Of a stretch of DNA of 12,293 bases, positions 1 through 6,915 are shown piece after piece. Numbering within the stretch: the stretch's first letter is position 1; the number at the start of each line of letters is the position of its first letter. A model generated the notes under the pieces. The model saw only the letters and a program-made list of their open reading frames with translations, was not told the origin of the DNA and did not search any database. The stretch is from a bacterium (GTDB lineage: Bacteria; Zhuqueibacterota; Zhuqueibacteria; Oceanimicrobiales; Oceanimicrobiaceae), in contig JBHHXN010000156.1 in the NCBI GenBank assembly GCA_046757025.1, positions 1 to 12,293 of the forward strand, given 5' to 3'. Position numbers and translations under genes: made by a program.

Positions 1-438
1 AGTACATTCATTTCATATTGTCAGCAAGCTCAAATATCTTCTGCGAAACTTGAGTAAGTAATTGAACGAAAGCGTCGAGAGCTTCCCTAAGGCCTCCTGG
101 CAGAGGGTGAATTCCTGTCTGGCTCGGCCGGGACGCCTTCGCGAAGAGGTTTTTATATCGTGCATTTCTGGTGTTTTTGTTCAAACACTAATTATTTATC
201 GATTAAACAAATACGTAGATTTTACATATTAACCAAACCCGGTCAAGCCAGAACTAAAAAGTGAAATGTTAGGAACTTACACAAAAAATAATTCAAAAGA
301 AATTCTAATTTCGGTGAGAGTTCTGCTTCTGTGCCCTTTATTTTTTTTTCAATGTGCAAGAAACTCACTTAAGAGACTACGTCTTTTCGCAGACGTTGCT
401 GCTAAAAGATGGCCCCGACAAGCGTCGTGGTAAAGCTC

Positions 439-600
439 AGCCACGGATTAACACCGATGAACACGGATTTGACGGAATAATGTTCACTTATGATTTGCAA
501 TTATTTGTAATGGTTTTAAAATCTTTTTACCGTAAAATTATTTTGCACAATAAATAAGTCCGAAAATTGTATCCATGTCAATCTGAGTTCATCCGTGGCT
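439..600. repeat. Non-autonomous inverted-repeat element with 10-bp-periodic arms (CACGGAT-type)
   Basis: Left arm 439-468 AGCCACGGAT TAACACCGAT GAACACGGAT. Right arm 571-600 reverse-complements to AGCCACGGAT GAACTCAGAT TGACATGGAT (24/30 identical). The arms enclose a 102-nt AT-rich spacer. Confidence 0.75.
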
Positions 601-1019
601 AAAATTATTTTGAATATTATCGACAAAACTTTGTCGATGTACGTACACTAAGCGCCTAGACTTATCTTTCAAGGTATTTGCTGGCAGATAGGTGGCTATG
701 CCTTGTCCTGCTGCACCTTTGGCTTTAAAAAAGGAATTGAAGCTGGACGCCTTTAGTCTCGATTTTGTTTTCAATATTAAAAACAATTTTTCAATTTGAA
801 AAACAAAAATGGTAAATTGGCAAGTTTCATTAGATGTACTCCGAAACCGTTTCCGCTAAATGAAATATTTTGTTTTAAAATTGACTATTTTAAATTATTA
901 ATTAACAGCAAAATAGTACGGTTGTAAAATTATTATTTAACGATTGAGTAATTGGCTGGGTAAGTTTTTTTATTCTTTTTAAAGGATGGCATTGTTTTTG
1001 TTTGAGAAAGTGCGATCTT

Positions 1020-1037
1020 ATGTGAAACTTTTGACAC
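1020..1037. promoter_or_regulatory. Candidate CRP-family or Rex-like operator upstream of hemA
   Basis: TGTGA-AACTTT-TGACA (1021-1036) is one mismatch from TGTGA-N6-TCACA; ATGTGAA-N4-TTGACAC is three mismatches from the Rex box TTGTGAA-N4-TTCACAA; it lies 30 nt upstream of GTG 1067. Confidence 0.4.
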
Positions 1038-1066
1038 TGAAAAATCAAACAGATGAGAGAAGAATC

Positions 1067-2374
1067 GTGAATATTATTTTAGTTGGCTTGAGTCATGAAA
1101 CCACGCCGGTTGAGCTGCGAGAAAAGTTAGCGTTTCAGCCGAACGGTCTTGGGCAGGCGTTGAGTGAGCTTACAAAATCGAATGATATCGCTGAATCGAA
1201 GGTGAGAGAGGCCGTCATTCTTTCCACCTGTAATCGCGTGGAAATTTATGCGGCGGTGGATGAAGTCGAAGCGGGATTTGAGGCGCTGACCCAGTTTCTC
1301 TCCGATTATCATGGCCTGGTTGCGGAAAGACTTTCAAATTATCTTTACAGACACGCCAATTTGAGGGCAGTGGAGCATCTTTTTTCCGTCACCAGCGGAT
1401 TAAATTCCATGGTGTTGGGCGAGAATCAAATTCAATGTCAAGTGAAACAGGCCTTTGAAATTGCGCAGAAATTTCGGAGCAGCGGACCGATTCTCTCGAC
1501 GCTGTTTAGAAATGCCCTGACAGTTGGCAAACGCGTTCGCAGCGAAACCACCATCTGTGAGCATTCCCTTTCCATCAGTCATGCCGCGGTGGAGGTAGTG
1601 CGGCGTGAGTTTTCGGATTTTTCAAGCACGTCGGTAGTGGTAATTGGCGTGGGTAAAATGAGCCAGATCGCCATTAAAAATTTGTTGAAGCAAGGTATTC
1701 AAGATCTGGTGATCATCAACCGCTCGCTGGAGAATTCAAAGTCAGTGGCAGAAGAGTTAAATGTGCAGCACTGTGGATTTGACCAGCTTGAGGCCTGTCT
1801 GCAAAAAGCAGACGTCGTAATCAGCTCAACCAGCGCTCCGCATATTATTTTGACTTATGACAAAGTGAAGAAAATCCTGGCTTCCAGAAAAAAATCAAAG
1901 CTGCTGATCGTCGATATTGCGGTGCCGAGAGATGTGGAAGCCACTGTAGATGAGCTGGAAAATGTCACGCTGTTCAATATCGATGCGTTGCAAGACAGAG
2001 TGGAGTCGAACCTGGTTCAGCGCTGCAACGCCATCAGTCAGGTCAAAGAAATCATCAACCAGGAAATGGAAAATTTTATTGCCTGGCGTCAGTCGCTCAA
2101 TGTAAAACCAGTCATTTCGGATTTGTGCCAACAGGCCGAATTTATTCGCCAGCAGGAGCTTGAGCGCGCTCTGCGCCGATTTGAAAATAACCTTTCGATT
2201 CACGATTCGGCTCTGGTACAGGATTTAACCCGTCGAATCATCAACAAACTGCTACATCAACCGCTGGTTAAATTGCGCAAGGAGGCGGTGCAGGGCAACA
2301 GCCAGTTCTACACCACGGCGGTGCGCAATTTATTTGGTTTGCAGGATGTTTCGAAAGTCGATATCAATCCATGA
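1067..2374 (+). CDS. hemA: Glutamyl-tRNA reductase
   Basis: N-terminal IILVGLSHETTPVELREKLAF, catalytic STCNRVE motif, SGLNSMVLGENQI, NADPH-binding VIGVGKM, DIAVPRDV and C-terminal INKLLHQP dimerisation segment. The ORF track starts at 986, but HemA similarity begins at GTG 1067, which is preceded by purine-rich GAGAGAAG, so 1067 is the preferred start. Confidence 0.96.
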   Translation: MNIILVGLSHETTPVELREKLAFQPNGLGQALSELTKSNDIAESKVREAVILSTCNRVEIYAAVDEVEAGFEALTQFLSDYHGLVAERLSNYLYRHANLRAVEHLFSVTSGLNSMVLGENQIQCQVKQAFEIAQKFRSSGPILSTLFRNALTVGKRVRSETTICEHSLSISHAAVEVVRREFSDFSSTSVVVIGVGKMSQIAIKNLLKQGIQDLVIINRSLENSKSVAEELNVQHCGFDQLEACLQKADVVISSTSAPHIILTYDKVKKILASRKKSKLLIVDIAVPRDVEATVDELENVTLFNIDALQDRVESNLVQRCNAISQVKEIINQEMENFIAWRQSLNVKPVISDLCQQAEFIRQQELERALRRFENNLSIHDSALVQDLTRRIINKLLHQPLVKLRKEAVQGNSQFYTTAVRNLFGLQDVSKVDINP

Positions 2375-3285
2375 GGTCTGAATTGAATTCGAATGTGCTG
2401 CGTATCGGAACCCGCCGGAGTTTACTGGCCAAATCGCAAACCACCTGGGTCGCCGACCGGCTGTTAAAATTCCATCCACAACTGCAAATCCAAATCATCG
2501 AAGTAGTAACCACCGGTGATAAAATACTCGATACCTCATTGAGCCAAATGCCGGGCAAAGGGGTTTTTGTCAAGGAAATCGAAGAAATGCTGTTGGCCGG
2601 GGAAATCGATCTGGCCGTACACAGCTTAAAAGATTTACCCACCGAATTTCCGGCCGGCCTTAAAATTGCGGCCATTCCAGAAAGGGTGGACCCCCGAGAC
2701 GTGTTTATTTCAAGACATAAAAAAAATCTCCTTGAAATGCCGGCGGGCGCCAAAATCGGCACCAGCAGCCTGCGCAGAAGTGCGCAATTATCGCAATTTC
2801 GTTCAGACTTCCACCTCGTCGATATTAGAGGAAATATCGACACGCGACTCAGAAAGGCGGAGTCCGAGGAGTACGATGGCATCATTCTGGCGGCTGCTGG
2901 GCTGACTCGTTTGGGTTTGTTGGAGCGAGTGCAGGAATTTCTGAGCTGTGAGGTGATGATACCGGCGGCGGGACAGGGAGCCCTGGGCATCGAGATTAGA
3001 GAAGACGACCAAACGTCTGAACGCTTGCTTTCGGTAGTGCACGATCCAGTCACTGCGACGGCGGTGCAGGCAGAACGGACATTTTTAGAAGGCATGGGCG
3101 GCGGATGTCAGACGCCCATCGGGGCCTTTTGTCGCATCAGAGAGAGTCGGGTGGTTTTTCATGCCTGTGCTCTGCAAGAAACACAAGGATTTCTGCGGGT
3201 AAAATTAGAAGGCGATCTGGTTGACGCCATGCATTTAGCAGATGAATTAATACTACGATTTAAAGCGGAATCCACCGATGTCTGA
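2371..3285 (+). CDS. hemC: Hydroxymethylbilane synthase (porphobilinogen deaminase)
   Basis: LRIGTRRSLLA, TTGDKILD, GKGVFVKEIE, DLAVHSLKDLP, GTSSLRR, IRGNIDTRLRK, and GGGCQTPIG carrying the dipyrromethane-binding Cys. Start overlaps the hemA stop (ATGA). Confidence 0.98.
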   Translation: MRSELNSNVLRIGTRRSLLAKSQTTWVADRLLKFHPQLQIQIIEVVTTGDKILDTSLSQMPGKGVFVKEIEEMLLAGEIDLAVHSLKDLPTEFPAGLKIAAIPERVDPRDVFISRHKKNLLEMPAGAKIGTSSLRRSAQLSQFRSDFHLVDIRGNIDTRLRKAESEEYDGIILAAAGLTRLGLLERVQEFLSCEVMIPAAGQGALGIEIREDDQTSERLLSVVHDPVTATAVQAERTFLEGMGGGCQTPIGAFCRIRESRVVFHACALQETQGFLRVKLEGDLVDAMHLADELILRFKAESTDV

Positions 3286-4075
3286 TTCGAAGGCATATCC
3301 TTTACAAAATAAACGAATCGTGGTGACGCGAGCGCTCTCTCAGGCTGCGGAGTTTATGGAAAAATTGCAGACATCCGGCGCAGAGGTGGTGCACCTTCCC
3401 ACCATCGAATTTGGGCCGCCCGATTCCTGGAAAAGCTGCGACCGCGCGCTACAAAATCTATCCCGGTTCGATTGGCTGGTATTTACCTCCACCAACGGGG
3501 TGAGGTTTTTTATGGAAAGGCTGTGCGAGCTCGGTAAGGAAATGGATGCCGTAATTTGTAAAAAAATCGCGGCAGTGGGGGAGAGCACCCGCGACTGTTT
3601 GCAGTCCTTCGGGCTGGAGGTGGCCATGGTACCCGAAACGTTTCGGGCGGAGGGATTGGTCAAAGCATTTCATCGGCTGAATGTAGCCGGCCAGGCGATT
3701 CTCGTGGTAAAGGCACAAAATGGCAGGAACCTTTTAATCAACCAGTTGTCTTCTGCCGGTGCCCTGGTGGAGACGGCGGTGGTTTACAAAACTCAATCGC
3801 TAAAAAATGGCAGAATTTCCCATTCAAAAAAAACGCTTGCCGAGAAGCGGGTGGATGTACTGACTTTCACCAGTCCTTCCACGGTAAAAAATTTTATTAA
3901 CTTGATTAGCGTGGAGCAAATTCACGCCTGGTGTCAAGCCGGATGTCGGATTGCAGCCATCGGGGAGGTGACCGCGAAAGCGTTGCGGCGCCGTGCGCTG
4001 CCGGTGGACATTCTGCCGGCCAACTCGACCATTGACAATTTAATCGAAGCCATAAAGGAGTATTATGCAAAATGA
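3278..4075 (+). CDS. hemD: Uroporphyrinogen-III synthase (stand-alone, no methyltransferase fusion)
   Basis: RIVVTRA, DWLVFTSTNGVRFF, IAAVGEST, VVYKT, VLTFTSPSTVKNF, IAAIGEVTAKAL motifs; 265 aa; 8-nt overlap with hemC. Confidence 0.95.
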   Translation: MSDSKAYPLQNKRIVVTRALSQAAEFMEKLQTSGAEVVHLPTIEFGPPDSWKSCDRALQNLSRFDWLVFTSTNGVRFFMERLCELGKEMDAVICKKIAAVGESTRDCLQSFGLEVAMVPETFRAEGLVKAFHRLNVAGQAILVVKAQNGRNLLINQLSSAGALVETAVVYKTQSLKNGRISHSKKTLAEKRVDVLTFTSPSTVKNFINLISVEQIHAWCQAGCRIAAIGEVTAKALRRRALPVDILPANSTIDNLIEAIKEYYAK

Positions 4076-5120
4076 GCCGTTAACAAATGACCTGTTGATA
4101 AAAGCCTGCCGCAGCCAACCCGTGCCGCGCACGCCGGTGTGGATCATGCGCCAGGCCGGGCGCTATTTGCCCGAATACCAAAAAGTTCGCGCCCGTGCCG
4201 ATTTTATGACCATGTGCCACGATCCGGAATTGGCAACTGAGGTCACCATTCAGCCGGTGGACATCATTGGTGTGGACGCGGCCATTATTTTTTCGGATAT
4301 CCTGGTGATACCCGAAGCCATGGGCATGGAATTGACATTTTCAGAAGGGAAAGGCCCGGTCTTTACGCATCCGTTGCGCCATAAAAGTGATTTGGAGACA
4401 CTTGCAACCATTGATGTTGAAGAGAAATTGCAGTTCGTTTTGACCGCTCTAACCATGACGCGCCAACACCTGGCAGGTCGGGTGCCCTTGATTGGCTTTG
4501 CCGGCGCCCCCTGGACTCTGGCATCGTACATGGTGGAGGGCCACGGTTCGAAAAGTTTTATTCACATCAAAAGTTTGATGTACCATGAACCGGCGATGCT
4601 GCTGAGATTGCTGGATCGATTAGCTGATGCGGTGGCGGATTTCCTGATTGCACAAATTAAATCCGGAGCCGATGTCGTGCAGATATTTGATAGCTGGGCC
4701 GGTATTTTAACGCCAGAAAATTTTCGTGTGTTTTCTTTGCCGTACTTGAAAAAAATCGTGCAGCGCATAAATGAAGTTGGGGCGCCGGTCATTGTTTTTG
4801 CCAGAGAAGCGGGCCATTCCTTTGCCGAGCTTTCCGAAATTGGAGCCGATGTTTTGAGTGTTTCCTGGACCGAGGACCTGACCCTGGCGCGGAATCAGGT
4901 GAAGGGAAAGGTGGCATTGCAAGGCAATCTGGATCCCTGTGTTCTGTTTGCACCGGTGGACCAAATCAAAAAAGAAGTGGTGTATGTCCTCAACAAAGCC
5001 GGGAATAGTGCGGGTCACATTTTTAACCTGGGGCACGGTATTTTACCGCAGACGCCGGTTGAAAACGTTAAAGCATTTGTGCAATTTGTAAAAGAAGAAA
5101 GTCCGCGATTTCATAAGTGA
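4065..5120 (+). CDS. hemE: Uroporphyrinogen decarboxylase
   Basis: PVWIMRQAGRYLPEY signature, DAAIIFSDIL, LIGFAGAPWTLASYMVEG, QIFDSWAG, LQGNLDP, HIFNLGHGI; 11-nt overlap with hemD. Confidence 0.98.
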   Translation: MQNEPLTNDLLIKACRSQPVPRTPVWIMRQAGRYLPEYQKVRARADFMTMCHDPELATEVTIQPVDIIGVDAAIIFSDILVIPEAMGMELTFSEGKGPVFTHPLRHKSDLETLATIDVEEKLQFVLTALTMTRQHLAGRVPLIGFAGAPWTLASYMVEGHGSKSFIHIKSLMYHEPAMLLRLLDRLADAVADFLIAQIKSGADVVQIFDSWAGILTPENFRVFSLPYLKKIVQRINEVGAPVIVFAREAGHSFAELSEIGADVLSVSWTEDLTLARNQVKGKVALQGNLDPCVLFAPVDQIKKEVVYVLNKAGNSAGHIFNLGHGILPQTPVENVKAFVQFVKEESPRFHK

Positions 5121-5128
5121 ATTAATTA

Positions 5129-6550
5129 TTGAAAACGATAGTTACTGAGATGGCACAAATAAACAAGCCCTTGTGGGTGGACATCGAGCTGATGAAGCGG
5201 TACGATAAGCCGGGCCCGCGTTATACCAGCTATCCCACGGCACCGTATTTTACCGGCGAATTTGACGGCGATGAGTTTGCAGCAGAGATCATGCAGACCA
5301 ACCAGCGTGCAGACGCGCCGGATCTGTCGCTTTATTTTCATCTGCCGTTTTGTGATACCCTATGTTACTTCTGCGGCTGTACCATGATCATCACCCGCAA
5401 TCGCCAGCGCATCGATGAGTACCTCGATTTCCTGATCAATGAGGTGGAGCTCATCAGCCGCATGATCAAGCCCGGCCGCAAAGTCGCGCAGTGGCACTGG
5501 GGCGGCGGCACGCCAACCTACCTGGACCCGGATCAGATTCGGAGAATATCTGACGCGACTCGGCAAAATTTTGATTTTTATGACGATGCCGAGATCAGTG
5601 TGGAGATCGATCCCCGTGGGTTGACCGTTGCGCATCTGGACGCCCTGCAGCAGGCGGGCTTCAACCGCGCCAGCATGGGTGTGCAGGACTTCAACCTCGA
5701 AGTACAGAAAGCGGTAAATCGTCTGCAGTCCGAAAAATTGACAAGATGGGTTTTCGATGAACTGCGGGCCCGCGACTTTGAAAGCATCAATTTGGATTTG
5801 ATCTACGGGCTGCCGTTTCAAACCGTGGATTCGATTGCCTGCACCCTGGATCGCATCATCGAAATCGCCCCGGACCGGCTGGCGGTGTTTAATTACGCAC
5901 ACGTTCCCTGGATGAAAAAACATCAAAAAGTCATTAAGGAAGAAACGCTGCCGGCGCCATCCGACAAGTTGAAAATTCTCAAAAATACCATCGAAAAGCT
6001 GACCCGCGTGGGGTATGTGTACATCGGCATGGATCATTTTGCCAGGGCGGACGATTCCTTGACACAGGCTTTTAATGAAAAAAAATTGTACCGCAATTTC
6101 CAGGGCTATTCCACTAAAGCGGGATGTGATTTGTATGCTTTTGGCATGTCCAGTATCAGTCAGTTGCAAAATGTTTATGCGCAGAATTTCAAAGAAATTC
6201 CCGATTATTATCAGGCGCTTGATGAAAAAAGGTTACCCACAGAACGCGGTTACCGGTTAAATCAGGATGATCAGCTTCGGCGCTATGTGATTACCAAAAT
6301 TATGTGCGATTTCGAATTGAACAAAACAGACATCGAAAAAAAGTTCAACATCAAATTTGATGATTACTTTGCGGATGCATTGGCGGAGCTGGAGCCACTG
6401 CTTTACGACGGACTGGTGAAGTTTAAGAATGAGCTGATTTTGATCACCGAAATGGGGCATCTGCTGGTTCGCAACGTTGCCATGGCATTTGATAAATATC
6501 TCAAACAAAAGAAATCACAGAATGTACCCATGTATTCAAAAACCATTTAG
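5129..6550 (+). CDS. hemN: Oxygen-independent coproporphyrinogen III dehydrogenase (radical SAM, CgdH)
   Basis: N-terminal GPRYTSYPTA, CDTLCYFCGC (CxxxCxxC), HWGGGTPT, DLIYGLP, IGMDHFA and RNFQGY mark a genuine HemN rather than HemW. The start could be TTG 5129 or ATG 5150. Confidence 0.96.
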   Translation: MKTIVTEMAQINKPLWVDIELMKRYDKPGPRYTSYPTAPYFTGEFDGDEFAAEIMQTNQRADAPDLSLYFHLPFCDTLCYFCGCTMIITRNRQRIDEYLDFLINEVELISRMIKPGRKVAQWHWGGGTPTYLDPDQIRRISDATRQNFDFYDDAEISVEIDPRGLTVAHLDALQQAGFNRASMGVQDFNLEVQKAVNRLQSEKLTRWVFDELRARDFESINLDLIYGLPFQTVDSIACTLDRIIEIAPDRLAVFNYAHVPWMKKHQKVIKEETLPAPSDKLKILKNTIEKLTRVGYVYIGMDHFARADDSLTQAFNEKKLYRNFQGYSTKAGCDLYAFGMSSISQLQNVYAQNFKEIPDYYQALDEKRLPTERGYRLNQDDQLRRYVITKIMCDFELNKTDIEKKFNIKFDDYFADALAELEPLLYDGLVKFKNELILITEMGHLLVRNVAMAFDKYLKQKKSQNVPMYSKTI

Positions 6551-6592
6551 AGTGAGTAGTAAAGCGATTCTTAATTAATATTGTAAAAATAA

Positions 6593-6876
6593 GTCATTGC
6601 GAGCCGAGCATGATAAGCTGTTCCCTCCTTTCAGTAAGAACAGCCATCTCCGGCTTGTCATTCTGTAAGAATCTTTTTTACAATTAGCAAAGGCTCGGCA
6701 GCAGTCGCTTTTATTTTGTTTACTGAAAAGATGCTTCCAGCATGACAATTCGGAGTTGTCTTTAAAAGTCCCGCATTTTGTGCGGGACGAAGCAATCTCC
6801 TAACTTGCAGAAAATCAGGAGATTGCTTCGTCACGAAGTTTATCCTGAGCTACGCTGAAGAGTTCCGCGCTATGGC
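6593..6876. repeat. REP/MITE-like palindromic element (GTCATTGCGAG...GAAGCAATC...GATTGCTTC type), outer element
   Basis: GTCATTGCGAG at 6593-6603 with a degenerate inverse CGCGCTATGGC at 6866-6876 (8/11); perfect 16-bp inverted repeat GACGAAGCAATCTCCT 6786-6801 / AGGAGATTGCTTCGTC 6817-6832; 8-bp hairpin GTCCCGCA 6768-6775 / TGCGGGAC 6781-6788. Confidence 0.75.
6648..6755. repeat. Second palindromic element (GTCATTCTG...CAGCATGAC type) nested in the outer element
   Basis: 6648-6677 CTCCGGCTTGTCATTCTGTAAGAATCTTTT versus the reverse complement of 6726-6755, CTCCGAATTGTCATGCTGGAAGCATCTTTT (25/30 identical); 48-nt spacer. Confidence 0.75.
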
Positions 6877-6915
6877 TATTATGATAATTAGAGAATGTTA
6901 AAGTAGTTGTAAAAC

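Noticed and set aside
441..480. Short tandem units as a possible CRISPR array or iterons
   Set aside because: Units are ~10 bp with no spacers, no cas or rep gene is present, and they are better explained as one arm of an inverted repeat.
354..557. 67-aa + strand ORF
   Set aside because: No RBS or recognisable domain; it runs through the inverted-repeat arm (PRINTDEHG is the repeat's translation) and the AT-rich spacer.
589..786. 65-aa minus-strand ORF
   Set aside because: No recognisable family or convincing RBS; overlaps palindromes and the repeat arm, so probably a chance ORF.
5129..6550. HemW/HutW-type radical SAM protein instead of true HemN
   Set aside because: It has the GPRYTSYP N-terminus, CxxxCxxCGC and RNFQGY features of genuine HemN and lacks the HemW HNxxYW motif.
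6786..6832. 16-bp perfect hairpin as an intrinsic terminator for hemN
   Set aside because: No U-tract follows, it lies >230 nt downstream of the stop, and it is part of the repeat element.
6877..6895. Possible Fur box upstream of hemH (TATTATGATAATTAGAGAA)
   Set aside because: Only 11/19 match to the classical consensus in AT-rich DNA; not distinguishable from background or a -10 element.
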